Below, piece by piece: positions 1 to 9,874 of a stretch of 64,000 bases of DNA. Origin of the DNA: Altererythrobacter sp. (lineage in GTDB: Bacteria > Pseudomonadota > Alphaproteobacteria > Sphingomonadales > Sphingomonadaceae); contig NZ_JBNKWF010000001.1 of assembly GCF_050299635.1 (NCBI RefSeq), positions 9,485 through 73,484 on the forward strand. The letters run 5' to 3'. Position 1 is the first letter of the stretch; every line of letters starts with the position of its first letter. The translations under genes and the position numbers were made by a program. Below the pieces are notes generated by a model that worked only from the letters and a program-made list of their open reading frames with translations, had not been told where the DNA came from and did not search any database.

Positions 1-25
1 CCTCGACGGGAAAGAGGCTCGTACA

Positions 26-472
26 GTGATCGCAACGCTCCATAAATCCGTGTCGCATGATCGGCGCCGCTCACAGCGGTACCACTTGCGCCTGGGCCTG
101 CGGACATCGTCCTCTGTCGGAGATAGCGTCGCCGTCGTCACCAATATCTCCAACGGCGGACTGAACCTGTTGTGCTCAGAGCCACCCGGAGTTGGCGAGA
201 CTATACTGGTGGAGTTTCCGGACAACCCTCCCATGGCAGCGCGAGTTATCTGGTCCGACGGACGATCGACGGGTTGCGAGTTCTCCTATGCGCTGACCGA
301 TCACCAGCTTTCGGCTATTCTCGAACTGGGAGAGGAAACGGAACCGCTGGCCCTCGCGGGTTTCGACGAAGCCGAAACAGTAGAGCGTTGGCCCGGTAGC
401 GTAAGGATCGCGCTGATCCTGTGCCTCGCGGCCCTGGGATGGATCTCCATTGCCTGGGCAATCTCTTCCTGA
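26..472 (+). CDS. PilZ-domain protein with C-terminal membrane anchor (putative c-di-GMP receptor)
   Basis: PilZ signature RRSQR ... NISNGG near the N-terminus. Hydrophobic tail IALILCLAALGWISIAWAI. GTG start. Confidence 0.6.
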   Translation: MIATLHKSVSHDRRRSQRYHLRLGLRTSSSVGDSVAVVTNISNGGLNLLCSEPPGVGETILVEFPDNPPMAARVIWSDGRSTGCEFSYALTDHQLSAILELGEETEPLALAGFDEAETVERWPGSVRIALILCLAALGWISIAWAISS

Positions 473-558
473 GAATTGCACCGCATTTCGTTTGACGGAT
501 TCATTGCAGAAAACCCATCGTCAGCACAGGCCGCCTCGCTGGCTCTGCCCTGCCCCGA

Positions 559-1872
559 TCAGACTGCCGAACTGAAGCGCCGCCCCGATTGCTGGCGATA
601 GGGATCGAACAAGGCCGCAACCGTGCGTGCATAGGGCAGCCCATGCTGGCGGATAATGACCGTGTCATCCTCGATCGCCGCGAGGCCGCGGCTGACGAAA
701 GGCTCCAGCGCGGGCTGGACTTCCGCCAGCAATTTGCCGCCAACCTTGGCCTTACCGCTGCATAGGAGCCGCTCGATCACTGCCCCTCGATAGCGGTCGT
801 CTGCGCTGCGCCAGATTCCCCTGTTGCCCACCAGCAGGCCTTGCGAGGCCACCATGCGATAACGCCCGCTATTCTTCTCGTTCTGAACCAGCAGGTCGGG
901 GAAGCTGCTGATCGCCGAACTTCCAAGCCCGATCAGGTTCGGCGCCGCGTCGTCGGTGAAGCCCTGGAAGTTGCGGTGTAGCGTCCCGTCCAGCGCCGCA
1001 TGAGCGAGAGGATCGCCGCCCGGCTTGGCGAAATGATCGAACCCTACCGGCGTATAGCCGTGGGTACATAGATAGGTGTAGCCCATGTCCGCCATCGCGA
1101 AGCGCTCTGCCTGATCGGGCAATCCAGTGGCGTCGATTGCCCGCTGACGCGGAACGAGATGAGGCACATGGGCATAGCCGAACAGCGCGACCCGGTCCGC
1201 CCCCAGCACACGTGTGCGGTGCAGCGTATCGAGCAGATCCTCGCGGGTCTGGCGCGGCAAGCCGTACATGAGATCGAAATTGAGCGAGGTGACGCCAGCA
1301 TCGCGCAGCCAATCGACCGTTCGCACGATCAGTTCTTCCGGCTGAACGCGGCCGATTGCCACCTGGCAATGCTCGGCAAAGGTCTGCACGCCCAGGCTGG
1401 CGCGTTCGATCCCGACCCTTGCGATGGCATCAGCCCACTCCTGTGTCATGGTGCGCGGATCGAGCTCGATGGAGGTGATGGGGTCCTGGCAGGCGAACCG
1501 GGCCTTAAGCAGACTGGCCAAGGCCACGAACTCGTCCGGCTGGATCGCATTGGGGCTGCCTCCACCGAAAGATATGCGCCGCACTTGCGCGTCTTGCGGG
1601 ACGAGCGCCGCAACCGTCTCGGTTTCCTGATGAAGCGCCGAGAGATATGAATCCAGCCGCTGCTTGCGGCCAGCCGCTCCGGTGTTGCAGCCGCAATAGA
1701 AGCAGATCTTCTCGCAAAAGGGGATGTGGACGTAGAGCGAAATATCGCCCTCGACCCGCTCAAGAGCTTTGCGATAGGCGAGCGGATCGATTTCGCCAAA
1801 CTCAGCCGCGGTCGGATAGCTGGTATAACGCGGAACCGGTGTTTCGAGCAGTTCTGGATAATAGGGCCACAT
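559..1872 (-). CDS. hemN: Oxygen-independent coproporphyrinogen III oxidase (radical SAM)
   Basis: N-terminal PRYTSYPTA motif and radical-SAM CxxxCxxC (CEKICFYCGC). 437 aa, typical HemN length. Sits next to the cco/fix genes. Confidence 0.9.
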   Translation of the reverse strand: MWPYYPELLETPVPRYTSYPTAAEFGEIDPLAYRKALERVEGDISLYVHIPFCEKICFYCGCNTGAAGRKQRLDSYLSALHQETETVAALVPQDAQVRRISFGGGSPNAIQPDEFVALASLLKARFACQDPITSIELDPRTMTQEWADAIARVGIERASLGVQTFAEHCQVAIGRVQPEELIVRTVDWLRDAGVTSLNFDLMYGLPRQTREDLLDTLHRTRVLGADRVALFGYAHVPHLVPRQRAIDATGLPDQAERFAMADMGYTYLCTHGYTPVGFDHFAKPGGDPLAHAALDGTLHRNFQGFTDDAAPNLIGLGSSAISSFPDLLVQNEKNSGRYRMVASQGLLVGNRGIWRSADDRYRGAVIERLLCSGKAKVGGKLLAEVQPALEPFVSRGLAAIEDDTVIIRQHGLPYARTVAALFDPYRQQSGRRFSSAV

Positions 1873-1907
1873 GCCCGGTTTCTTGTAGCGAAACCCGACG
1901 GGCGTCT

Positions 1908-1921
1908 TTGCGCTGGATCAA
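1908..1921. promoter_or_regulatory. Degenerate FNR/FixK box TTGCG-CTGG-ATCAA upstream of hemN
   Basis: The right half-site is perfect and the left half matches 3/5. The centre lies about 42 nt upstream of the hemN ATG. It overlaps the stop of the small ORF. Confidence 0.35.
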
Positions 1922-2115
1922 TTTCGCTTGCGCGAACAGCCCGCGTGGCATCCCTTCGTTTCGCATGGCACCGGTGCTTGATCGTCATCATTGCCGAGCG
2001 GAATCGACAGCGCGCCACCATTGCACAGCTTCAACGTCAGGCTTTCCTGTTGCGCAGGCAGCGGCCCGACCATGATCGGAAACAGTGCTGCAACGCCGAA
2101 CCAGAGCACGCTCAT
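1918..2115 (-). CDS. Small exported Cys-rich hypothetical protein, translationally coupled to ccoS
   Basis: 65 aa with an N-terminal hydrophobic signal-like segment (MSVLWFGVAALFPIMVGPLPAQQ) and four Cys, including CHAGC. Its ATG overlaps the ccoS stop (ATGA). Confidence 0.45.
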   Translation of the reverse strand: MSVLWFGVAALFPIMVGPLPAQQESLTLKLCNGGALSIPLGNDDDQAPVPCETKGCHAGCSRKRN

Positions 2116-2261
2116 TCTTCGTCTTCCTCATCGATCAGGATACGATTGGCTGCGCCATCCATATCTTCGAACTGACCGTCCTTCATCGCCCAGAAGAACA
2201 CCCCCAGCCCCAGCAATCCCATGCCCAGCGCTATCGGAATTAGGAAGGTGAGCCCGGTCAT
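2112..2261 (-). CDS. ccoS: cbb3 oxidase maturation protein CcoS/FixS (49 aa, below the ORF-track cutoff)
   Basis: Hand translation gives MTGLTFLIPIALGMGLLGLGVFFWAMKDGQFEDMDGAANRILIDEEDEE. That is one TM helix plus the GQFDD-like motif and acidic tail typical of CcoS. Its ATG overlaps the ccoI stop (ATGA). Confidence 0.8.
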   Translation of the reverse strand: MTGLTFLIPIALGMGLLGLGVFFWAMKDGQFEDMDGAANRILIDEEDEE

Positions 2262-4381
2262 CTTGCGGCCCTCGCAAGACGCAGCGAATTGCCGACAACC
2301 ACCAGCGAACTGATCGACATGGCAATCGCCGCGATCAGCGGAGTGACAAAGCCGAACAGTGCCAGCGGCACTGCCAGCACATTATAGCCGATCGCCAGGC
2401 GAAAGTTCTGCCGCACGATTGCCATTGTCCGCCGCGCGACCTGCACCGCGAGAGCCACAGGCATCAGCCTTTCACCGATGAAGACGGCATCGGCTGCCTG
2501 CTGGCTGGCATCGCTGGCCGTACCCGGCGCAATCGAAGCATGGGCGGAAGCGAGCGCAGGCCCATCGTTGAGTCCGTCCCCAACCATCAACGGCCAATGG
2601 CCTTCCTGCTTGAGCGCTTCCAGTTCATCGAGCTTTTCCTGCGGCTTCGCCGCTGATCGCGCATTGAGGCCGAGCCTCTGCGCGACTTGCTCCACCGCTT
2701 CGCTGCGGTCGCCCGACAGGATACGGCTGGAAATGCCGAACCCATTCAGCGAATCCAGCGTCTGCTGGGCGTCGGGCCGCAGCGGATCGCTGAAGTCGAG
2801 CGTCCAGCCATTGTCGCCAATCCGCAGATGCGTGGCCATGGCGGCGCTGTCGCCATCAGGACGTTGGAGCGCGATATTCCTGTCCTGCCAGCGCGCAGTG
2901 AGCCCGCTGCCCTGCTCTTCGCGGACGTCCTCGATCTCGGCCGGGGTTACACCTGCGGCTTGCAACGCATGCGCAAGCCCGCGACTGAGCGGGTGGCGAC
3001 TGGACTGGGCGAGCGCCAGCGCCACGCTCCGCGCCTCGTCATTCAGGGCGGAAATATCGGGGCGCGGCTCACCAAGAGTTAACGTGCCGGTCTTGTCGAA
3101 CAGCGCCACATCGACCTCCGCCAGGCGTTCGAGTGCACTGCCATCCTTCACCAGAAGCCCGCGCTTTATCAGCGCGCCGGACGCCACCACTTGCGCTGCC
3201 GGAACCGCCAGCCCCAGCGCACAAGGGCAAGTGATGATAAGCACGGCAATGGCAATCACCAGCGACTGGTGCCACCCGGCCCCTGCGATCATCCAGGCGA
3301 CGAATGCCAAGGCAGCGAGCGAATGCACGGCGGGCGCGTAGAGGCGCGAGGCACGGTCGGCGATGCGAACATAGCGGCTGCGCGACTGGCCCGCTTCGTC
3401 CATCAGCCGGGCGACCTCCGCAATGACCGTATCGCTCGCCACGGCTGTTATCCGGACGCGGAGCGGATCAAGCAGATTGATCGCGCCGGCATGGACCATC
3501 CCGCCCTTGTGTACCGCTTCTGGCGCGCTCTCGCCCGTAAGCATCGAATTGTCGATTGCGCCCTGCCCCTGCTCGATCACGCCGTCGGCAGCCAGCGCTT
3601 CGCCCGCTGCAACCAGCATGAGCATACCGGGCTCCAGCCGGTCAGCCTCGATCCTCTTGGTCGAACCGTCAGGCTGGATCACGCTGGCACTACGCCCCAT
3701 CCGGCCCAGCAAGGCGCCGATCCCGGCCCGTGTGCGCGAACGCATGCTGGCATCGAGCGCTCGCCCTGCAAGCAGGAAGAACAGCAGCATCACCGCGCTT
3801 TCGAAATAGGCATGCGCCCCGCCAGTTGCCGTCTCGTAAAGGCTCAAGCCGGTCGCCAGTATGACGCCGATGGAAATCGGCACATCCATATTGGTGCGGC
3901 GATAGCGCAGCGCCATCCACGCGGATGAAAAGAATGGACGCCCGGCATAGAGGATCACCGGCAAGGCGATCAGGCCCGATAGCCAGTGGAACATCTCACG
4001 CGTCGCACCGCCCGCGCCAGCCCAGACGCTGATTGACAGCAGCATGATATTCATCATGCCGAACCCAGCCACCGCCAGCGATCGCAGCAGTTGCTTCAGT
4101 TCCCTGTCGTCTTGCGCCAGCGGATTGGCCGCCACTGCCTGCGCCTCGAAGCCCAGCCGCCGCAGAGCTTCGACCAGATCGTCTTCTCCAAGCCGCGGGT
4201 CATGATGCACGGCCACACGCTTGTTCGAGAAATTGACGCGAGCGGCCTCTACCCCGTCCAGTTCGGAAAGTCCGCGCTCGATCTTCGCTATGCATCCGGC
4301 ACAGCGCATCCCGGGCACTGTGAAGCGCGTATCGGTCAGAGCAAATCCGGCCTTGTCATTCGAGATGACCGGAGCGTTCAT
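2258..4381 (-). CDS. ccoI: Cu(I)-translocating P1B-type ATPase for cbb3 oxidase assembly
   Basis: HMA motif GMRCAGC, the CPC motif (ITCPCALG), phosphorylation site DKTGTLT and hinge GDGLND. The start is placed at MNAPV (4381), giving an ATGA overlap with the ccoH stop. The ORF track extends to 4444. Confidence 0.9.
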   Translation of the reverse strand: MNAPVISNDKAGFALTDTRFTVPGMRCAGCIAKIERGLSELDGVEAARVNFSNKRVAVHHDPRLGEDDLVEALRRLGFEAQAVAANPLAQDDRELKQLLRSLAVAGFGMMNIMLLSISVWAGAGGATREMFHWLSGLIALPVILYAGRPFFSSAWMALRYRRTNMDVPISIGVILATGLSLYETATGGAHAYFESAVMLLFFLLAGRALDASMRSRTRAGIGALLGRMGRSASVIQPDGSTKRIEADRLEPGMLMLVAAGEALAADGVIEQGQGAIDNSMLTGESAPEAVHKGGMVHAGAINLLDPLRVRITAVASDTVIAEVARLMDEAGQSRSRYVRIADRASRLYAPAVHSLAALAFVAWMIAGAGWHQSLVIAIAVLIITCPCALGLAVPAAQVVASGALIKRGLLVKDGSALERLAEVDVALFDKTGTLTLGEPRPDISALNDEARSVALALAQSSRHPLSRGLAHALQAAGVTPAEIEDVREEQGSGLTARWQDRNIALQRPDGDSAAMATHLRIGDNGWTLDFSDPLRPDAQQTLDSLNGFGISSRILSGDRSEAVEQVAQRLGLNARSAAKPQEKLDELEALKQEGHWPLMVGDGLNDGPALASAHASIAPGTASDASQQAADAVFIGERLMPVALAVQVARRTMAIVRQNFRLAIGYNVLAVPLALFGFVTPLIAAIAMSISSLVVVGNSLRLARAAR

Positions 4382-4824
4382 GCGATCTTCTTTTCCTCGA
4401 TCCAGCTTGAATTGCCTGCGCGGATGATAACACGAATGGTCCAACGACCGTCGGCCAAAGGACTGGTGGATATGTAACGCCCATCACCATTTCCGGCGAA
4501 TTGCAGGATCTCTTCCTCATCATCGCCAAGCGGGCGTCGCGCGATCGCCGTCACTTCCGCAGTTGCAGGCACGCCCTGTGTGGTGACCAGCACCAGGCCC
4601 GCCTTGTCGCGCTCCAGCTCGGCCTGCCAGCCCAGCGCCTCCTGCTCCTTTTCCTGTTCGAGCCAGCCATTGTACTTCTGACTCGCGACGTAAGAGTTCT
4701 CGACCACCACGCCGTTGAACGAAGCGCGCGCCTCGTAGGCCATGTAGAAGTTTACGCCGACGACCACGCCGAACCCCAGGACCAGGATTGCCGCCATGTG
4801 CCAACCGGTGAACTTGTCCTTCAT
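4378..4824 (-). CDS. ccoH: cbb3 oxidase assembly protein CcoH/FixH
   Basis: 148 aa with a single N-terminal TM helix (WHMAAILVLGFGVVVGVNFYM). It occupies the conserved position between ccoG and ccoI. Confidence 0.8.
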   Translation of the reverse strand: MKDKFTGWHMAAILVLGFGVVVGVNFYMAYEARASFNGVVVENSYVASQKYNGWLEQEKEQEALGWQAELERDKAGLVLVTTQGVPATAEVTAIARRPLGDDEEEILQFAGNGDGRYISTSPLADGRWTIRVIIRAGNSSWIEEKKIA

Positions 4825-6281
4825 CAGGAACCTCCCGGCGCGGAGAACCGTGCCTCTGCCGTATCGCTTTCACCCTTCTCGTCGAGCGACATTACACCAA
4901 AATCGAAATCCCTGGTCGCCGAACCACTTGGCATGACGACATAGGCACGCATGATGAAGGTCTGGTCTGCCGGAACGGTCACTTTCTGCACGGTCGCCGC
5001 ATCGGATTGAAGCATGGTATCGGTCCAAAAGCGCCCACCCGGCAAGCCTTGAAGCGAAACCTCCATCTCGCGCGGGCGGCTTTCCATATTGCGCAGTTTG
5101 ACCGTGTAGGAATTGCGGATCGACCCGTCGCTCATCAGCATGAATGGCGGATTGCGATCAGGCGAGACGCTGATATCGGTATGGTTCCTTACGCCCAGCG
5201 CAAACAAAAGGCCCAAGCCGATAGCAGCCCACACCAGGAAATAGGCGATCGTGCGCAGTCGCAGCAACGCCTTCCATGCTGGTCGGGGTGCTTCACCGGC
5301 GGCTTCACGTTCGCAATCTTCAAGTGTGGCGTAGTCGATCAGCCCCCGGGGCCGACCGACATCCTTCATGACCTTATCGCAGGCATCGATGCACAATGCG
5401 CAAGTAATACAGCCGATCTGCGGACCTTCGCGTATGTCGATCCCCGTCGGACAGACCGCAACACATTGCATACAATCGATGCAATCGCCGAACGCCCCGG
5501 GATTCTTTTCGGCCTTCTTCACGCTGCCACGCGGTTCACCGCGCCAATCCTTATAAGTGACGATCAGCGAATTTTCGTCCAGCATCGCGGACTGGATCCG
5601 CGGCCAGGGGCACATATAAATGCAGACCTGTTCGCGCATGAAACCACCCAGCGCGAAGGTGGTGAACGTCAGGATGGCCACTGTCACATATGCGATGGGT
5701 GCTGCGTCGCCTGCCCAGAAATCGCGCGTCAGGGTCGGCGCGTCGGCAAAGTACATGATCCATGCGCCGCCGGTCCAGAAACTGATGACCAGATAGATTG
5801 TCCACTTGAACGCCCGCTTCGCGATCTTCCGGGGGCCCCACGGCGCGGCATCAAGCCGGATACGTGCATTGCGGTCGCCATCGACAAATCGGTCGATATG
5901 CTGGAACACATCGGTCCACACCGTCTGCGGGCAGGTATAGCCGCACCAGGCACGGCCGACGGCGCTGGTAACCAGAAACAGCCCGATTCCCGCCATGATC
6001 AGCAATCCGGCAACGAAATAGAATTCGTGCGGCCAGATCTCGATCCCGAACATGTAGAACCGCCGGTTGGCGAGATCGATCAGGACAGCCTGGTCAGGGG
6101 CGTAAGCCCCGCGGTCCCAGCGAATCCACGGCGTGCCGTAATAGATCGCCAGTGTGACGAACATGACGAGCCACTTGAAACGACGGAATGGCCCATCGAT
6201 CCGCTTGTTATGGACCTGTTTGCGTTTCTCGTAGAGGTGCGTCCCCTCTGAAGGGGTGGAAAGATTACTGGGTTTGTTCAT
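4824..6281 (-). CDS. ccoG: cbb3 oxidase accessory 4Fe-4S ferredoxin-type membrane protein CcoG/FixG
   Basis: Two ferredoxin Cys clusters (CIDCMQCVAVCP and CITCALCIDAC) and multiple TM helices. The likely start is MNKPSN at 6281; the ORF track extends to 6368. Confidence 0.9.
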   Translation of the reverse strand: MNKPSNLSTPSEGTHLYEKRKQVHNKRIDGPFRRFKWLVMFVTLAIYYGTPWIRWDRGAYAPDQAVLIDLANRRFYMFGIEIWPHEFYFVAGLLIMAGIGLFLVTSAVGRAWCGYTCPQTVWTDVFQHIDRFVDGDRNARIRLDAAPWGPRKIAKRAFKWTIYLVISFWTGGAWIMYFADAPTLTRDFWAGDAAPIAYVTVAILTFTTFALGGFMREQVCIYMCPWPRIQSAMLDENSLIVTYKDWRGEPRGSVKKAEKNPGAFGDCIDCMQCVAVCPTGIDIREGPQIGCITCALCIDACDKVMKDVGRPRGLIDYATLEDCEREAAGEAPRPAWKALLRLRTIAYFLVWAAIGLGLLFALGVRNHTDISVSPDRNPPFMLMSDGSIRNSYTVKLRNMESRPREMEVSLQGLPGGRFWTDTMLQSDAATVQKVTVPADQTFIMRAYVVMPSGSATRDFDFGVMSLDEKGESDTAEARFSAPGGS

Positions 6282-7194
6282 CGCTTCCAGCCGTCTGGTC
6301 ACCGGAAATCTCGTCCTGATCCCCCGAAACCTCTGCTGGATCCTCGCCTCCCCCAAGCGAATGCACATATGCTGTCAGCATCTTGATCGTCACAGGATCG
6401 AGCCTGTTCTGCCATGCCGGCATGATGCCCATGCGCGGATTCAGGATCTGCTGCTTGATCAATTCGCGGTTGCCGCCGTAAAGCCAGATGGCATCGTTCA
6501 GTGCGGGCGCACCTTGCGTGCGGTCGCCTTCGCCTGCAGGCCCGTGGCATACGGAGCAATTGTCCGCATAGAGCTGCGCACCGAGTTCGCTCGACTGGGC
6601 TTTGCCGGAAAAGGACAGAACCTGATCGGTCACGGCATCGAGCTGCTTCGCATCGAAAGCACCGTCGAATGTTGGCATCAGACTGTAACGGGTCAGATCG
6701 TGTTCCGGTTGGCGAATACCATTGGCAATCGTGTATTCGATCGTCTGGAAATCGCCTCCCCACAGCCAGTCATCATCGTTGAGGTTGGGATAGCCGGGGC
6801 CGCCGGCCGCACCCGCACCATGGCACTGCACGCAGTTCACGGTAAAGGCGGCACGTCCGCCCGCAACCGCCTGCTGTAGCAGCGCAGGATCGCCCGCAAC
6901 CTCTTCAATAGGCATCGAAGCCAGTTGCTGGCGGAAAGCCGCGCGACCCTCTTCCGCCGCCTTCATTTCCTGTGCCAGCTGGCCTCGGCTGGTCCAACCC
7001 AGATAGCCTTCGGTTGCCTTGCTCACCATGGGCCAGGCCGGGTAGAGCACCACATAGATGATGCCCCATACAATCGTGGCGTAATACAGGAACAGCCACC
7101 AGCGAGGCATCGGCGTATCGAGTTCTTCGATGCCATCCCATTCGTGACCAACGAAATCGGTACCTGTAGTCTCGTCGACGCGCTTATTGGCCAT
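6265..7194 (-). CDS. ccoP: cbb3-type cytochrome c oxidase subunit P (dihaem)
   Basis: Two CxxCH haem motifs (CVQCHG and CSVCHG) and an N-terminal TM helix. It follows ccoQ. Confidence 0.9.
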   Translation of the reverse strand: MANKRVDETTGTDFVGHEWDGIEELDTPMPRWWLFLYYATIVWGIIYVVLYPAWPMVSKATEGYLGWTSRGQLAQEMKAAEEGRAAFRQQLASMPIEEVAGDPALLQQAVAGGRAAFTVNCVQCHGAGAAGGPGYPNLNDDDWLWGGDFQTIEYTIANGIRQPEHDLTRYSLMPTFDGAFDAKQLDAVTDQVLSFSGKAQSSELGAQLYADNCSVCHGPAGEGDRTQGAPALNDAIWLYGGNRELIKQQILNPRMGIMPAWQNRLDPVTIKMLTAYVHSLGGGEDPAEVSGDQDEISGDQTAGSDEQTQ

Positions 7195-7348
7195 CGTCGG
7201 CCTCCTCGAAAATCGACATTGCTGCTGTGCGGTTTTGAGCCCTTGAACCGGGCCGGAACGGCCAGGCGCAAAGCACCGCGAACAGTATGAACATGATTGC
7301 CAGCCAATGGCTGTCGGCGAAATGGCGAATGGATTCGTACAGCGTCAT
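7184..7348 (-). CDS. ccoQ: cbb3-type cytochrome c oxidase subunit Q (54 aa, below the ORF-track cutoff)
   Basis: Hand translation gives [54 protein letters not shown], a single TM helix. Its ATG overlaps the ccoO stop (ATGA) and its stop overlaps the ccoP start. Confidence 0.6.
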   Translation of the reverse strand: MTLYESIRHFADSHWLAIMFILFAVLCAWPFRPGSRAQNRTAAMSIFEEADDGQ

Positions 7349-8106
7349 CGGCCAGTCTCCGTCGCCAGCTCTTCCTGCGCCGCCGCGCTGCCGACATCGA
7401 CCAGCGTGCCCAGCATCTGGAGATAGGCGACCAGCGCGTCCATTTCAGTCACGCGGGTCGGATCGCCGTCATAATCGCGGATCTGCGCCTTGGGATAGCG
7501 TTCCGTCAGGTCGCCCGCATCGAGATCGGGATTGGCCTGAGCCATCAGATCGTCCGAAGCCTTCTCAATATCGGTTTCGCTATAAGGCACGCCGACCCGG
7601 CTCAACGCCGTGAGATTGGCTGACGGGTCCGCCAGTTCCAGCTTGGTCTCCGACAGGAAGCTGTAAGACGGCATGATGCTTTCCGGCACCACGCTTTGCG
7701 GGTTCTGAAGGTGCTGAACATGCCACTCGTCCGAATAGCGCCCGCCGACACGCGCCAGATCCGGCCCTGTCCGCTTGGAGCCCCACTGGAACGGGTGATC
7801 GTACATGCTTTCAGCCGCCAGACTGTAGTGGCCGTAGCGCTCCACTTCGTCACGGAAAGGGCGGATCATCTGGCTGTGACAGACATAGCACCCTTCGCGG
7901 ATGTAGATATCCCTGCCCGCCAGTTCGAGCGGGGTATAGGGACGCATTCCGTCCACCTTCTCGATCGTGTTGTCGATCCAGAACAGCGGAGCGATTTCCA
8001 CGATCCCGCCGATCATGACCGTCAGGAGCGTCGCCGCGCCGAGCAGCGTCACATTGCGTTCGAGCTTCTTGTGGCGCCCGAATGGTTGCTTGGCTTGATT
8101 GCTCAT
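7345..8106 (-). CDS. ccoO: cbb3-type cytochrome c oxidase subunit O (monohaem)
   Basis: Single CxxCH (CYVCHS) and an N-terminal TM anchor. 253 aa, located between ccoN and ccoQ. Confidence 0.9.
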   Translation of the reverse strand: MSNQAKQPFGRHKKLERNVTLLGAATLLTVMIGGIVEIAPLFWIDNTIEKVDGMRPYTPLELAGRDIYIREGCYVCHSQMIRPFRDEVERYGHYSLAAESMYDHPFQWGSKRTGPDLARVGGRYSDEWHVQHLQNPQSVVPESIMPSYSFLSETKLELADPSANLTALSRVGVPYSETDIEKASDDLMAQANPDLDAGDLTERYPKAQIRDYDGDPTRVTEMDALVAYLQMLGTLVDVGSAAAQEELATETGR

Positions 8107-8117
8107 CGTTCGGGCTC

Positions 8118-9776
8118 CTATTCGGCAGGGGTTGCTGCTGGGAGAGGGTGATCGGCGCCTTCATCGTAGCGCGCCTCGGACATCGGAGCTTCGCTACGCA
8201 GCCTGCCGGCGAGTGTTTGCCAGACGTTCCAGAGCATGATCAGGAAGCCGCTCAGGTAAAGGGCTCCGCCGAACGCACGCAACAGGAACATCGGCTTGAT
8301 CGCTTCCACCCCGTCGACGAACGACCAGATCAGGTAGCCATCGGGCCCGTATTCGGCCCACATCAGGCCCTGGGTGATACCCGCCACCCACATGCTGGAG
8401 GCGTAGAACACGATACCCAGCGTTGCGAGCCAGAAGTGCCAGTTAATCATGCGCAGCGAATACATCCGTTCCCGCTTCCACAGGCGCGGCACCAGGAAAT
8501 AGACGCAAGCGAAGGTGATCATGCCGTTCCAGCCCAGCGCACCCGAATGGACGTGACCGATGGTCCAGTCCGTATAGTGCGACAGGCTGTTGACCCATTT
8601 GATGCTCATCATCGGGCCTTCGAACGTGCTCATCCCGTAGAATGCGAGCGAGATCACCATCATGCGGATGATCGGATCGGTGCGGACCTTGTCCCACGCC
8701 CCGTTGAGCGTCATCAACCCGTTGATCATACCGCCCCAGCTGGGCATCCACAGGATCACGCTGAACACCATGCCTAGCGTCTGTGCCCAGTCGGGCAACG
8801 CCGTGTAGTGCAAGTGGTGCGGACCCGCCCAGATGTAGAGGAAGATCAGGCTCCAGAAGTGGATGATCGACAGGCGGTATGAATAGACCGGCCGCTCCGC
8901 CTGTTTCGGCACGAAGTAATACATCATCGCCAGGAAGCCTGCGGTCAGGAAGAAACCGACCGCGTTATGGCCATACCACCATTGCGTCAGCGCATCCTGC
9001 ACCCCGGCGAAAGCCGCATAGCTCCGGCTGCCCAGCAGGCTCACCGGCATCGCAAGGTTGTTCACCACATGCAGCATCGCGATCGTCACGATGAATGCGA
9101 GATAGAACCAGTTCGCGACGTAGATATGCGGTTCATGACGCCGGACGATAGTCCCCACGAACACGACCAGGTAAGCAACCCAGACGATCGTGAGCCACAG
9201 ATCGACATACCATTCCGGTTCGGCATATTCCTTCGATTGCGTTACGCCGAGCAGATAGCCGGTCGCAGCCAGCACGATAAACAGCTGGTATCCCCAGAAC
9301 ACGAACCGCGCGAGGCCGGGAAAGGCAAGCTGCGTACGGCATGTGCGCTGGACGACATAAAAGCTGGTCGCGATCAGCGCGTTGCCACCAAAAGCGAAGA
9401 TCACCGCGCTGGTATGAAGTGGCCGCAATCGGCCAAAATTGAGGTAGGGCTCGACGTTGAGTTCGGGGAATCGCATCTGCAGAGCGATCAGCAAACCGGC
9501 CAGGAAACCGGCCAGCCCCCAGAACAGGGTCGCGATAACGCCCCACCGAATGGGGTCGTCATCGTATTTCGACGGACCCGGCGGCATCCGGAAGATGCTC
9601 TGCGCACGCGCGAGCGGATTGTAGTTACTGGCAGTGACCCAGATCATCACGAAGGCCACGATCGCAATAATCGTGGCATGCGCGGCAAATCCGAAATCAT
9701 GCGCGCCTGCGATTGCGGCCAGTGCAAGCAAGAGCAAAAGCGCCCAAAGCCCGACTCTGCCTAATACAGCTTCCAT
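8118..9776 (-). CDS. ccoN: cbb3-type cytochrome c oxidase catalytic subunit N
   Basis: 552 aa polytopic haem-copper oxidase subunit I with His ligand regions (WAGPHHLHY and [11 protein letters not shown]). First gene of ccoNOQP. Confidence 0.9.
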   Translation of the reverse strand: MEAVLGRVGLWALLLLLALAAIAGAHDFGFAAHATIIAIVAFVMIWVTASNYNPLARAQSIFRMPPGPSKYDDDPIRWGVIATLFWGLAGFLAGLLIALQMRFPELNVEPYLNFGRLRPLHTSAVIFAFGGNALIATSFYVVQRTCRTQLAFPGLARFVFWGYQLFIVLAATGYLLGVTQSKEYAEPEWYVDLWLTIVWVAYLVVFVGTIVRRHEPHIYVANWFYLAFIVTIAMLHVVNNLAMPVSLLGSRSYAAFAGVQDALTQWWYGHNAVGFFLTAGFLAMMYYFVPKQAERPVYSYRLSIIHFWSLIFLYIWAGPHHLHYTALPDWAQTLGMVFSVILWMPSWGGMINGLMTLNGAWDKVRTDPIIRMMVISLAFYGMSTFEGPMMSIKWVNSLSHYTDWTIGHVHSGALGWNGMITFACVYFLVPRLWKRERMYSLRMINWHFWLATLGIVFYASSMWVAGITQGLMWAEYGPDGYLIWSFVDGVEAIKPMFLLRAFGGALYLSGFLIMLWNVWQTLAGRLRSEAPMSEARYDEGADHPLPAATPAE

Positions 9777-9833
9777 GATGTTACCTTCCCCTGAATTGAG
9801 TCAGCGCGGTAGTGATTCACGTACCGCCCCACA

Positions 9834-9847
9834 TTGATTCACATCAA
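9834..9847. promoter_or_regulatory. Perfect FNR/FixK box TTGAT-TCAC-ATCAA upstream of ccoN
   Basis: Exact match to TTGAT-N4-ATCAA. The centre lies about 64 nt upstream of the ccoN ATG. Confidence 0.75.
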
Positions 9848-9874
9848 GTTTCGAATTTTCGGTCGTACCGTCAT

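Noticed and set aside
4382-4444. N-terminal extensions offered by the ORF track, for example ccoI to 4444, ccoG to 6368, the response regulator to 18141, cytochrome c550 to 21213, ompW from 10624, the rhodanese-like gene from 28202, MarC to 43510 and the DUF3313-like gene from 50956.
   Set aside because: Internal Met/GTG starts give proper signal peptides or canonical N-termini. They also remove overlaps with upstream genes or create ATGA coupling, so the shorter models were used. Start codons remain unverified.
5007-6251. 414-aa plus-strand ORF overlapping ccoG. The same class includes 33911-35398(+), 37101-38807(+), 44232-45476(-), 48656-49669(-), 59918-61126(+), 22622-23929(-), 13752-14726(-), 14912-15883(-), 56305-57396(-), 8082-8777(+) and 8967-9764(+).
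   Set aside because: All of them lie antisense to genes with clear family signatures. They have Arg/Gly/Pro/His-rich compositions without recognisable domains and are long open frames expected by chance in GC-rich DNA.
9812-9825. Second FNR-like box GTGAT-TCAC-GTACC upstream of ccoN.
   Set aside because: The right half-site does not match ATCAA. It probably only resembles the adjacent perfect box because of the shared GATTCAC string.
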